NCBI RefSeq assembly: GCF_006345805.1
Contig: NC_043009.1
Coordinates: 61,814,001 to 61,878,000 of the forward strand
DNA from: Octopus sinensis
Lineage: Eukaryota
Length of the DNA stretch: 64,000 bases
Reading direction: 5' to 3'
The notes beneath the pieces are model-generated. The model did not search any database. It had not been told where the DNA came from and saw nothing but the letters and a program-made list of their open reading frames with translations. Positions 12,680 through 25,700 of the stretch are shown one piece after another (within the stretch, counting starts at the first letter, position 1; each line of letters begins with the position of its first letter). Both the position numbers and the translations under genes were made by a program.

Positions 12680-13070
12680 GGTACAGGCTTTGCTGTGTGG
12701 TTAAAAAGCTCACTTCACAACCATGTGGTTTCTGGTTCAGTGTCACCGCATGGTATCTCGGACAAATATCTTCTACACAAGGCCAACCAATGCCTTGTGA
12801 ATGAATTTGGTAGGCAGAATCTGTGTTGAAGCCCATCATATATGTGTGTGTGTTTGTATTTGTTTCTCCCACCAACTACTTGACAACTGGTGTTGGTTTG
12901 TTTATGTTCCTGTAAATTAGTGGTTCTGCAAAAGAAACCTGGAGAGTAAGTGCCAAACCTAAAAAAAAAAAATACTGAGATTGATTTGTTCAGTTAAACT
13001 TTTCAAGGTGGTGCCCCAGCATGGCTGTTGTCGAATAACCAAACCAAGTTAAAGGTAACAGATAAAAGAA
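12680..13070 (+). mobile_element. tRNA-headed SINE family C with internal (TG)n; full or near-full copies also at 14665-15046, 17700-18060, 31630-31980, 41975-42400, 50510-50890, 61650-62030
   Basis: Head gctgtgtggtaagaagcttgcttc, CORE-like accttgggcaagtgtctt, tail gcatggccacagtcaaatgactgaaacaagtaaaag. Confidence 0.85.
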
Positions 13071-13114
13071 GTAAATTAAATTTTCAGTCAAGATTTATGG
13101 GATAATATTAACAG

Positions 13115-13510
13115 TTCATCATCATCATCATCGTTTAGCATCCGTTTTCCATGCTAGCATGGGTTGGACGGTTCAACTGGGGTCTGTGAAGCCGGAAGGC
13201 TTCATCAGGCCTAGTCAGATCTGGCAGTGTTTCTACGGCTGGATGCCCTTCCTAACGCCAACCACTCCGTGAGTGTAGTGGGTGCTTTTTACGTGCCACC
13301 CGCACAGGTGCCAGACAGAGCTGGCAAATGGCCACGAATGGATGGTGCTTTTTATGTGCCACCGTCACGGGGGCCAGGCGAGGCTGGCAACGGACATGAA
13401 CGGATGGTGCTTTTTACGTGCCACCGGAACGAGGCCAGTCGGGGCGGCGCTGGCAATGGTCATGAACGGATGGTTCTCTTACATGCCACCGGCACTGGTA
13501 ACACATCAAA
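13115..13510 (-). mobile_element. Family A copy with about 4 internal tandem units
   Basis: Repeated (g)gatggtgctttttacgtgccacc units. Confidence 0.85.
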
Positions 13511-15321
13511 GTTGATAGCTTAAAATTAGTTCACAGAAATTTTTGTTGATGGCAACAATATGACAGGTCAGTTTCCTTGCTAAGAGGTACAGCGAACTGT
13601 TGCAATACATGCAGTCTCTCATAAAGACAAAAATCAGCAAATGCATGTTCTAGGCAAGTAAAGAGAGAGCCTTGTTGAGAATATTCCAGGTTATTCTGGA
13701 CAAGCAGTTTTCCTGTTCCTCAAATCTTCACCTGAAATGAGGTAGAGAAGTGTGGTCTCCTGTCCCTCAACCTTGGGGTATCATCGGGTGCGGTTATGTA
13801 TCTGGGATATTGTGCAGTGGTATGAATTTATTGGGATGGGATGTAATGTGCTGGTGAGTTATGGTGGAATATAATTTGGGGTGTTGGTGTGGTAGTTGGA
13901 GTCTGACGTGTGATGTGGTAGTTTGGTTGGGATGTTGCAGTGCATGTGCAGTATATTAAGCCAATGGTGGGGTGTGTAGTGGGGGCAGTCTGTGTATGTT
14001 GTAGTGTATGGGGGTAAGCGGGAGTAAGGATGTGGTGTGTTGCTGAGTGTATGTCATGGTTGGGTGTAATGGGGTTAGTTATATATATTGTGGTGGGGCG
14101 AGTGTTGTAGTTTGTCTATATAATTGTAGGGGTGTAGTGTGACTATGTAGATCTGTATGTGTGCAATGGTTGCTAGATGCAGTCTGCAATATGGCTGTCT
14201 ATTACACATTGAATATATTCAGCTTTTGTGTCTGGTGCTATGAGATAGTTTATGATATGTTTTGTAGTTGTTTTAATTACTGTGGAGTTGGACTAAATCT
14301 ACCTTGTGTGATATTCACAATGTCTAGAGCAGATAGACCTTTATATTATAACAGTGCTGTGTTTTGTTTGTTTAGGTCAAGTACAAGAGCTAATGATTTT
14401 AAGATGGTGTAGTAGTAATAGCAGTGGTAGTGGTAGGAGTGTTCTAGTCTGTTGCAGTAGTGCTCAGGTACATTGTAGTAATTATTATATTAAATATTTT
14501 GGTTTGCTGCAGTAGTATGGGCTCTTGTAGTATTTGGTGTGGTGTTGTAGTCTGTTGAAGTAAGGCCTGTGATGGTTGTTTAGCTCGAGGTCAACCCTAA
14601 TTAAGCAAAACCTATGATCAAAAGCGTTCCAGATATGACCATCCCATCTGTTTTCAGAATTATTGCATATGGCTATGTGGTAAGAAGCTTGCTTCCTAAT
14701 CACATAGTTTCAGGTTCAGTCCCACTGCATGACACATTGGGCAAATGTCTTCTATAGCCTCAAGCCAATCAAAAGCTTGTGAGTGGATTAGCTTAGATGG
14801 AAACTGAAAGAAGCCCATCATGTGTGTGTATGTATGTGTGTGTGTCTGTCTTTGTGTCTGTGTTTGTTCTTCACTACTGCTTGGCAACCGGTGGTGGTGT
14901 GTTTATGTCCCTGTAACTTAGCTGTTTGGCATAAAAGACTGATAGGCTTTAAAAAAAGTCCTAGGGTCAATTTGACTAAAAACCCTTCAAAGCAGTGCCC
15001 CAGCATGGTCAAAGTGAAATGGCTGAAACAAGTAAAAGATAAAAGATAGGTCTAGATTATCCAATGTGTCCTTCCATTTTTTAAGATGGTACAGTGTGCT
15101 ATGTGAGAGAAATTTGGCTGCTATTTCTAGCAGGTCAAGCAACCATATAGAGGCTTCTTCGTAGCAGTATTCCAGTATAATGCTGATGTGTCTAGTTAGT
15201 TTTAATTAGTTAGACACGTAGCTGTAAGGGCTGCAGCTGTGAACTGTGTTCTTTGTATATCTTGGCATTTTTGAATATGAATATTTTTTATTTATTGTGT
15301 ATTCGATATACGAGAGTGCAG

Positions 15322-15353
<32 letters not shown>

Positions 15354-15649
15354 ACTTTCAAGTTAATTTAGTTTATTCTTGCACATAGTCCCCCCCAAAG
15401 ATTAAATTACTGTGAATTAAGTCATACAAAATAACACATTGCAGATGCCTGCAGTTGGCATTAAATGCAAAGATAATGACAGTCGACTATTTTTTTTAAA
15501 TTAAAAAATGTTAACGAAGGCACAGGCATGGCTATGCACTTAAGAAGCTCACTTTTCAGCCATGTGTCTGGCCTTGGGTTCAGTCTCACTGTGTGGCACC
15601 TTGGACAAGTTCTTTTACCATGTTCCTGGGATGACCATAGGCTTGTGAA

Positions 15650-15946
15650 TGCAGTTAAAACATATAATAATATTAATAATGAAATTATTGTATACAGTGC
15701 TCAGGTGCACCACAACTTGTCAAAAGTGCATATAAAGCACATGCAGTAATGTACAAATGTCTGGAAAGCGAACAGTGTATGAGTCAGATACAGGCTTGCG
15801 TGTGTATGGAGGGGAGAAAATCAGGTGTAGCGTTGGCAAATCTCAGGAAGCATGGAAGTTTTGAAGGATGCAGTGCTCCGACAACTAACAACTGATGCCG
15901 GCAGTTTGTTCCATACTTCAGCAAATCTTAGCGTGAAAAAATGTTT
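15650..15946 (-). mobile_element. CR1/L2-type LINE 3' end inserted into a SINE C copy (15525-16230)
   Basis: 15946-15821 on the minus strand reads KHFFTLRFAEVWNKLPASVVSCRSTASFKTSMLPEICQRYT*, matching the FF..R....WN.LP..VV...S...FK C-terminal motif; ATT-rich tail. Confidence 0.8.
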
Positions 15947-16583
15947 AATAGATGGAAACTGTGTGGAAGCCCATTGTGTGTGTGTGTGTGTGTATATATG
16001 TATATGTATGTATTTGTTTTTGTGTTGGTATTTGTCCTACACTCACTGCTTGATGACTGGTGTTGTTTTGTTTATGTCTCCATAACTTAGCAGCTAGGCA
16101 AAAGTGGCCAATAGAATAAGTTCCAGACTTAGAAATAAGTACTGGGGTCTATTTGATTAACTAAACCTTTCAAGGTGGTGTCCAAGCATGACCACAGTCC
16201 AATGAATGAAACAAGCAAAAGATAAAAGATGTATCTTTTTAGATGTGTGATTGTAACGCTAGCCCTGTTTCCGGTGACTTATTTCCTACAAATAGGAGTT
16301 ACTTCTCATAGTTGTGTATGTTCAACCTGCCGTGTTGCCTGACCCAAGGACAACCTTTATACAACAAACCTAAGATTAAAGCCATGACTGTTTCATATTA
16401 TTTTTAGATATGGTATAATCACAACCATAAATGTGTCCTTTCATTTTTTGTTTTTTATTGCAAGATGTAATTTCGAACAGGTTGGCTTGCAGTCTTTTAT
16501 TGTGTTGTTTAGTATGGTTGTGAAAGAGAGGATGGATATGACACTGGAATAGACTTGGTTTTACTGTATAGTAATATTCTTTT

Positions 16584-16792
16584 CTACTCTAGGTACAAGG
16601 CCTGAAATTTTGGGGGAGGGGGCCAGTCGATTAGATCGACCCCAGTACACAACTGATATTTAATTTATCGATACCGAAAGGATGAAAGGCAAAGTTGACC
16701 TTGGTGGAATTTGAACTCAGAACATAAAGCCAGACGAAATACCGCTAAGTATTTTGCCCGGCATGCTAACATTTCTGCCAGCTCGCCACCTT
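16584..16792 (-). mobile_element. SINE family B, tail type 2
   Basis: Near-consensus reverse-complement copy. Confidence 0.85.
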
Positions 16793-16873
16793 ATATAGTA
16801 ATATTGGTTTCAAATTTTGGTGCAGGACAGCAATTTTGAGGAGGGGGTGTAAGTTGATTACATTGACATCAGT

Positions 16874-17319
16874 CAGGGCTAGATTAAGACCCATAGAGGC
16901 CCTAATGACTTTAAAGGTTTTGGTGCCCCTAAGTATATGTAAATGGTCCGAAATATAAACACAAATAATTCAAAATGTAAACGATAATAAACCATATATA
17001 TTTTTATTTTTTCAAAATGAAACAAAACTAACAGCAAGATGGAAAATAATTTTTATTTTTGTATTCTTCCACTTTATTTATATTTGAAAAGTTTTCTCCA
17101 TTTTTTTTTAATTGCAAAGTGTTTGATGATATTGTTAAAATTAATTTTACGTAAAACTTCTGCTTCTATGTTTAGGAGAGATAAGGCATCACAATTATTA
17201 TTTTAGCAAGTTTAAAGTGATTTCTTTTGTGCCATAAACCATTTTCATTTCTGTGGTGCCCCTGTCCCTTGATGCCCTAAGCACGTGCTTATTTTGCACA
17301 ATGAGTTAATCCAGCACTG
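16874..17319. mobile_element. 446-bp hAT-like MITE inserted in a SINE B copy (16805-17475, minus strand)
   Basis: TIRs CAGGGCTAGATTAA / TTAATCCAGCACTG (12 of 14); 8-bp TSD ACATCAGT (16866-16873) / ACCCCAGT (17320-17327) matches the SINE B consensus sequence at that point. Confidence 0.8.
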
Positions 17320-19626
17320 ACCCCAGTGCTCAACTGGTGTTTTTTATTGTACCCGAGAGGATGGAATGCAAAGTTGACCTTGGTGGGATTTGAACTCAGA
17401 ATGTAAATATGGACGAAATACTGAAAAGTATTTTGCTCAATATGCTAATGATTCTGCCAGTTCACTGCATAATCTAGGGTTAGTAGCATTAGCAGTGTCT
17501 TAATACTATATTGCAAAATGAAAACTGGCTATACCTGAGCTGATTGCAAGGTAAAAAGTGACCATATCTAATTCAAACAGATATTGATAGAGGCAAGTAG
17601 AAATAATGACTGTTATCTGGAACATGGCACATTATCTGTAGAAATGTTTGAATTGTTATCTTTGAGATTAATATTGTACCTTTAATCATTCACCCTCTAA
17701 TAGGTGCAGGTGTGGCTGCATGGTAAGAAGCTTGCTTCTGAACTACATAGTTCCGAACTTAGTCCCACTGTGTGGTACCCTGGGCAAGTGTCTTCTACTA
17801 TAACCTCAGGCCGACTAAATCCTTGTGATTGGATTTTATAGATGGAAACTGAAAGAAGCCTGTCATTTGTGTGTGTGTATGTGTCTTTGTGTGTGTGCTT
17901 GTGTATGTGTGTTTGTGTCTGTGTTTGTCCCGCACCACCTCTTGACAACTAGTGTTGGTGATTTCATGTCCTCATAGCCTAGCGGTACAGCAAAAGAGAG
18001 ACCAATATAGGTACTAGGCTTAAAAAAAGTGGAGGGGTTGATTCATTTGACTAAAAATTCAAGGCAACCATGCTCAACTGGTATGTTTTTTATTGTACCC
18101 AAGAGGATGAAATGCAAGTTGACCTTGGTGAGATTTGAACTCAGCATGGTTGCAGTCTAATGACTGAAACAAATAAAAGATAAGGGATAATGTCAGTTTT
18201 AAATGTTGTGGTGAGGAAACCCTGGCTGTGTTGATTTCAGGTTTACTGTTATGATTTAGAGCCAGGTCCACCCCTGTTTGAATAGATCTATGATCAAAAG
18301 ATCTGCAATCATGATCATCCCATCTTGTGTATTTAGTAGAACATTGTTCAGTGAGACCTCTTTTCAAAGTGATGTAGTGTAATTTGAGGTAAATATGACT
18401 GTTATTTCTTGGAAGTTGATTGGCCCATCTAGAGACTCCCTTTTGTGAGGTAGTGAAGAATTAATCAGATTTCAGTGTGTTGCTCAACTAGTTCTTGGTT
18501 GTTTGATGAGAATGGATAACAGAATTTTGTTATTACTGTTTAGTTCTATTACTCAACTTGTCTTTCCTTTTTGAGACAGTAGAATTGATTTAAAAGGGAT
18601 TTGGCTGATAGTTCTATTGGGTCAAGTAATATCTTGGTTTATGCTTAACTGGAATGCAGAGTAGGAAGATAACTGGAGCAGAGATAGCTCACACTGATAT
18701 AAATTTGGTGACACCACATAATAAAGTACCTGTGCCAGCTATCAAACAGAAAAGTGTAATTTGAGTGAGTTGATATTGCTAACAGGTTAACCCTCTCAGA
18801 CCTGGGCCCCTGTTTTTGACTTTACCCTCCACCTGGACTCTTGAGAAAAAAATAAAATTAGATAGTTAACAACTTTGAGGTTAGTTTCTGAAGCAGAACT
18901 AAATCATCCACTATTGCTGCATATTCATACCACCATCACTTCTTTACTGTACCTCCTGCCATCCACGGCCATCATTTGAACATTCCACCATTGCCTACCT
19001 CTACTCTAGCAACCATTACATATTCATACCACAACAACCACCACCACCTACCTTTACTGTTGCTATCATCACCTACCACCATCACCTACTTCTATAACTA
19101 ACATACACTGTCATCATTTGAAACATATCTCCATTGTCTACATCTAATCTTGTCCCCATCCACTGCCATTAGGGGGTCCTTATCACCATCATCTGTCCCT
19201 ACTCTACTGCCATCACATAGTCATACTACCACCACCTGCTGTAGCTACCATCCACTGCTATCACATACATCGTATATCGTGAATGGGTAGCTCAAGAATA
19301 AGTAGATAATATTGGCATATTAACGGATGGTAGCAAGAGGGAAGGAAAATCCTGCGGGTTGGACACGTGATGGTAGTAATTGGTAGCAACAACAGAAATA
19401 TGGCTGTTGTGGATAGCAAGGAAAGAAGGTGTGGACATGCAATGGTTGTGGATAGTTTAAAGTGCTGGATTGGATACGGGTCACCACTTCGCATGTTCAT
19501 AAAACTCAATGTGTACTAGCCTCTACTAATTTGCCTTCTCTGTTGTTTCAGGGGTTCTCTGCATCAACAAAAGATGATCTAGTAATGTATTGGTGTTGAT
19601 TGATGTTTCTGTTATTTCTTTGTCAG

Positions 19627-19798
19627 GAATCAAACATGACGGGACGATGTGTGATACCTGTAGACAGCAACCAATTTTTGGCATTCGATGGAAGTGTGCG
19701 GAATGTGCTAACTATGACTTGTGTTCCCTCTGCTATCATGCAGATAAACACAACATGCGACACAGGTTTTATCGCATCACCACCCCAGGCAGTGAAAG
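19627..19798 (+). CDS. mib1: mib1 exon, ZZ zinc finger (172 nt, phase 1 to 2)
   Basis: tgtcag|GA ATC... reads (G)[56 protein letters not shown](R), then donor gtaact. Confidence 0.97.
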
Positions 19799-22700
19799 GT
19801 AACTGTTTATTTGCATTTGTTGTTGTTATTGTTCTCTACCCCCACCTCTCCCATCTACCTTTTATTTTTTTTAGATCGGTTTTTAGCATGGAGACTGTCA
19901 ACAGATAATGACTATTGAACTTTGGAAATTATAGTCATGCTATGAAGAATAGAGTATTCTCTGGCCTGAGTTATTTATATTCACCTTGTATCTACCATGA
20001 GGACACTCTTTCATCTCTCTCTCTCTCTTTCCAGTTGGGGAAGTCATGTATCGCCATTTCAGCAAGACACCCATTCCTGTCACTCTCGGATACTTTCACC
20101 TCCCTCAATACTGTACCCCATTCAGTTGAGGGGTCTTGTCTTGCTAGTTACTTAGTGACATTTCTACAGTGGCAGGACCACAACAAAGCATCCAGTATAT
20201 ATTGTAAAGTGATTGGTGTTAGGAAGAGCATCCAGCTGTAGAAAACTTGCCAAAGTAGAAACCAAAGCTCATTACCATTGCCTGGCTTGTTGGTTGCTGT
20301 TGATTCATCCAACACATGCTAGCATGGAAAACAGGCATTAAACAATGATGATGTGTGTGTGTGTCTGGTTGTTGTGTGTCTGCACAGTATAAGGAAGAGA
20401 GGTTACATATGAGTAGGAAAGGTTGACATCACTGGTTAAAAACTATTTGTTGTGAACTTAGCTGGGTGTCTGAACTGTTGATAAAAGGCAATCTTGTGAG
20501 CTCAAGGTAGTTCTTGTGTAGGCTTGGTTCAGCTGTACTTGGGTTGTTGGAGAAAGCTGTATATGGATTAATGATTTCATGACTGATCTGTTGTCTGTCA
20601 CTGCTCTGCCTGTTGTGACCACCACAAACACTAGGTACATTGCAACTTGATACAGCATTTCTTGGCTGTATTGACTGGCTCTGCTAACTTTGGGATGGGC
20701 TGCTTGCTTGTTACTGCTACTACTACTAATAAAATCCAGTTGCTAAGCTTCTCCATGATGCTCTTGCTTAACAGTAACCTCCAATAATATGTCACTGTCC
20801 TCAGTCACTGATGGATTAGAAACATGATGATTTAGGTATATTTGTTGATGAAGTAGGTGCACTAGGTGGTTTATCTGAAAAGCTGATGCAGATATGTCTA
20901 TAGATTCCAATGTGTTTTGGCAGAGAAACAACTGCTGTATCAGTTCAATGGTTCAAAAAGTGATGATGTAGGCATGTCTGATGATGCTAGCTTGTCTAGT
21001 TAAAGCGTTGGTGACAAAATCAAACTGCTAATTTGAAGATCAAGGTTTGATCATTGGGACACCATCATTAGTTTTACACACACACACACACACACACATA
21101 CAATATACTCTTATTGAAATGTAAATGATAAATTTTTGAATTTTCTTTCCCTTTCATTACAGAGTCATGTTAGAACCACGAAGGAAAAGTAAGAAGGTTA
21201 CGGCTCGAGGTATTTTCCCTGGTGCAAGGGTAATGCGTGGTGTTGATTGGCAGTGGGAAGACCAAGATGGCGGCAGCACTCGGCGAGGGAAAGTCACAGA
21301 AATACAAGTTTGTTTTAATGAATTTTCTCTATCCTCTTATTTTTTCATCTTTTGGTCTAAGGAGAGAGGCTATTGACTATAGTCTCTCTGGTAAGGTAGT
21401 AGGGTGTCTAAGATCAGAATGGATCAAGTGTATATTTAGGGCCTCATGGGTCATAAGGCCTGAAAGCCAGCAAGCAGCATCTTTTGAACTCATTTTAAAT
21501 TAAGAGTTGATTGTCTACAAGGTTGGTGAAATAACAAAACTGAAACAGTAGCTTGTCTCATGGGTTTTCAGTTATTTTTGATTGCTTCCCTCATTTACAG
21601 GCTGAAGTCATTAATTGCTTTAATTGCTGATCAAATTGTCATTGTGATGGTATGTTTATGAAAATGTGGGTATGGATTTTTGCCTTTTTTTTCTGTGTTA
21701 TGATGAATCACTGCAGAGAAAGATACATTTTATAATCCCATCCATTTCTCAGCATTGATGTAGAAGTAGTGTTTCATTGTTTTATATTGATAACTAGGTA
21801 GGGTGAGGCCATGAGAGCTACAAATATTTAAGCCAGTTGTTCATGGCAGATTAGGCTCATCAAACCAGTATGATTTCAATGGAGAATATGCTGAGACCTT
21901 TGTCCTGCAATGAACTGAACATAGGCAATCTAATCCAATCCAGTACATTGGACAATTAGGCAGAGGAGTTACAGTTCATGTACTCTCACCAGTACTGTAC
22001 TGTATCTTTGACCAAGTGACTTTTAGTGCTTAATGGCTTAGTCTCCTTATCTGTAAACAGGTATCACAAGATTGTTTAGTTTATCACTGGAAAAATCAGT
22101 ATTGTAAAATTGATTAGTATTTTGCTAGTTTGCAGTACTGAGTTCATTTCCTCCTGTGTGAGTACAGCTAGAAAAAAGTACTGATTCCCATTGGCCTTGT
22201 TCAACATTCCCTCCTGTACCATGGTACTTCTCATTATCTCTAACTTTCAGATATGTGAGTGGAAAAGGTCTGGAGATGTTCTTGGTGTGTAGCCTCAGGT
22301 CAGCTCTATATTAATCCATTTTTAAGACTGTTAACGTGTGATTCAAAGAAGATTTGGTTGCTATTTCTAACACCTTCAGTGACTATGCAGAGGCTCCTGC
22401 ATTGGCTTGTTGGTTTGAGAATGTTTATGAAGCTGAGACAAACAAAATAATGTTCCTTGCAGGTACTGAACAATGGCTATAGGGAGGTTTGAATAAGTAA
22501 TTATGTATTTTGTAGTCCATTGCCTTAATACTGATGTGTACTCTACTTTAACATATTCACATTTACCTGTGTGCAGGACTGGAGTGCTGCCAGCCCAAGA
22601 AGTGCTGCATATGTGTTATGGGATAATGGTGCAAAGAATCTTTACCGAGTTGGCTTTGAGGGTATGGTGAGTATCACTTTTTCAGATTTATGTAGTGAGT

Positions 22701-25700
22701 AATTCTTTTGAAGTTTATACAGTGAGTATCAGTTGTTTTTAGGTTCATACAGTCAATGTTTCTTTTGAGTTCATAAAAGGAATACTCCTTATGAGGGTAT
22801 GAGGAATAACACCTTTGTAGATTATGATTTATTTCTATTGGGTGTCTGGTGACTATATACGTTGAGGTTAATAATCTCCTTGAAGATACGAGAATAATGT
22901 TTTTGAAGTTTGTAAAGTATGGTTTCAATAATCTTTTTTTTTTCTATTTATCTTCAACTTGTTTCAGTCATTAGTCTGTGGCCATGCTGGGGCAGCACCT
23001 TAACTTTTTGTCAAATGAATCCAACTCAGTACTTGTTTTTCTGTTAGGCCTGGTACTTATTCAATCAGTCTCTTTTGGCAAACTGCTAAGTTATGGAGAA
23101 TCAATCAAATGATACTTATTTCCTTTTACATTCAGAGTTCAGATACCTCCAAGGCTTTCATCCTTTCTAAAATAAACCATCAGTCAAATACAAGAAGGCA
23201 ATGTAATTGATTGTTCCCTTCTTCCAAAATTTCTAGCAGTGTGCCTATATGAAAGATCATCATCATTATTATTTTTAGGGTGGCAAGCTGGCAGAATCGT
23301 TAGCATGCTGGACAAAATGCTTAGCAGTATTTCACCTATTGCTACATTCTGAGTTCAAATTCTGCCAAGGTCGACTGTGCCCTTCATCCTTTCGGGGTCA
23401 ATTAAATAAGTACCAGTTATGCACTGGAGACAATGTAATCGACTTAATCCCTTCCCCCAAATTTGAGGCCTTTTGCTTCCAGTAGAAAGGGTAAGGGTTA
23501 GTTGCTAGTATTGACTCCAGTACTTGACTGGTTTCTTTATTTCATCAACTCTGAAAGGATGAAGGGCAAAGTTGATCTTCATGGAATTTGAACTCAGAAT
23601 CTGAAGCTGAATGAAATGCTAAGCATTTTGTTTGGCATGCTAACATTTCTGCCAGCTTGCTGTCTTAATAATAATGATAATAATAATAATAATGAAGACT
23701 TCAAATTTTGGCACAAGGCCAGCAGTCTTGAGGAGGGGATAAGTCGATTACGTTGACCCTATTGTTCAAGTGATACTTATTTTATTGACCCTAAAAGGAT
23801 GAAAGGCAGAGTCAACCTTGGCAGATTTTGAACTCAGAATGTTAAGATGAGCAGCGTGTTGCGAAGTATTTTGTTCGACATGCTAATGATTTTGCCAGCT
23901 CACTGCTGTAATAATAATGATAATAATAATCCTTTCTACTGGAAGCACAAGGCCTCAAATTTTGGGGAAGGGATTATGTCAATTACATTGACACCAGTAT
24001 TCAAATGGTACTTAATTAATTGACCCTGAAAGGCAAAGTTGACCCCGGTGGAATTTGGACTCAGAACATAAGGATGAACGAAATACCGCTAAGCATTTCA
24101 TCCAGCACGCTAACGATTCTGCCAGCTCGTCGCCTTAATAATGATAATAATAATGAGGATGATGAATTAGCAGAATTATGAGAGCATCAAACAAGTATCA
24201 TGCAACGTTCCTTCTGATCCTTTACATTCTGATTTCAGATCCCATCAAGGTCAACTTTGCTTTCATCCTTCTAAGGTTGATAAAATAAAGCATCAGTCAA
24301 ATCTTGGGGTTAGTGGTATCCCCCTCAAAATTATTATTGTTGTTCCTAAATCAGAAACGATTATTATTGATGTTATATTTTGATATTTGCCCTGATGACT
24401 ACAAAATTTTATGTCTCCATAGGTTTCACACTTTTTTATCTAGAAATAATCATTATAAATATTTTTCTGTTTCACTTTCAGGCTGATTTAAAAGTGATGA
24501 ATGATGCCAAAGGCGGTTCCTTTTATCGAGACCATTTACCTCTTTTAGGTATGACATCTTCTGAATTCTTTATGACCCTTCACATGTTATTTGTGGAAGT
24601 ATTTCTTTTGTTTTTTAATATTCTAACTCTGTAATATTGAGATTACACTGTCACATGTAATGCTTATTTCTTCATATTCTTTTGAATTAATCTTGCATTA
24701 GCTTGTGGTTTTCAGATGTTGACAATGTAATCATTTGTTTATTTCTAGAATCCCATTTTAGGGTATGTATGAGAGGCCACGTTTGGCTGGTTTGAACATA
24801 AACAGGTAGAATATCTGGGCCTGATAGAGCCATTTAAATGCAATGTACAGCTACTATGGCTACAAACACCACCTCTACTGCAACTAGTACTGCATAATTT
24901 TGTGTGTGCATAGATGCAATTGTGATCTTGTTGCTGTCACCAGCATCATTATCATCAGTTAACATCCGTTATCCATGCTGGCATGGGTTGGACGGTTTGA
25001 CTGGGCTGGCATGATGGAAGGCTGCACCAAATTCTAGTCTGATTTGTCATGGTTTTCTACAGCTGAATGGCCTTCATAATGCCAACCACTCTGAAAGTGT
25101 AATGGGTGCTCTTACATGCCACCAGCATGACACTGGAGTGTGTTTATGTGCCACTAGCATGAGTGCCAATTAGCATGGCACCGCTATCTACCAGGACTGC
25201 GATTTTGCTTGACTTCATGAGTCTTCTTCTCAAGTACAACATAATGCTAAAGGTCTTGGTCATTGCCCCCGTGAGGCCCAATACTCAAAAGGAACTCAGT
25301 CACTTTGCCTCTGTGAGGCCCAATGCTCAAAAGGAACTCAGCCACTTTCCCTCCATGAGGCCCAATATTCAAAAGATGTTCTTTACATGCCACCAGCGCA
25401 GGTGCACTTGGTTTGACAGGTCCTCTCAAGCACAGCACATTGCCAAAGTTCTTGGTCACCAGCCATTGCCTCTGTGAGGCTCAATGTTTGAAGATCAAGC
25501 TTCACCACCTCATCCCATGTCTTCCTAGGTCTGCTTCTACCACAGGTACTCTCCACAGTTACAGATCAGCACTTCTTTACACAGCTGTCCTCGTTCATAT
25601 GCATCACATGACCATACCAGCACAGTCGTCTCTCTTTCACACCACATCTGATTCCTCTTATGCCTAACTTTTCTCTCAAGATGCTTACACCCTTTCAAAC

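Noticed and set aside
13560-13790. Possible Tc1/mariner catalytic-domain relic on the minus strand (FADFCLYERL)
   Set aside because: The resemblance to PDL.P.DFFLWG is too weak without a profile search.
1-19626. First coding exon of mib1 (first MIB/HERC2 domain, RVVRGPDWKWG-like)
   Set aside because: No such peptide appears in the ORF track or by eye, so it must lie upstream of the window.
19590-19626. ORF-track start ([12 protein letters not shown]) as the true N-terminus
   Set aside because: It is polypyrimidine tract and acceptor sequence; homology begins only after tgtcag at 19626. The other exon-containing ORFs have the same kind of intronic overhang.
23275-24310. CRISPR-like repeat-spacer array
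   Set aside because: The units are about 200-bp SINEs in mixed orientation in a spliceosomal intron; there are no constant short repeats and no cas genes.
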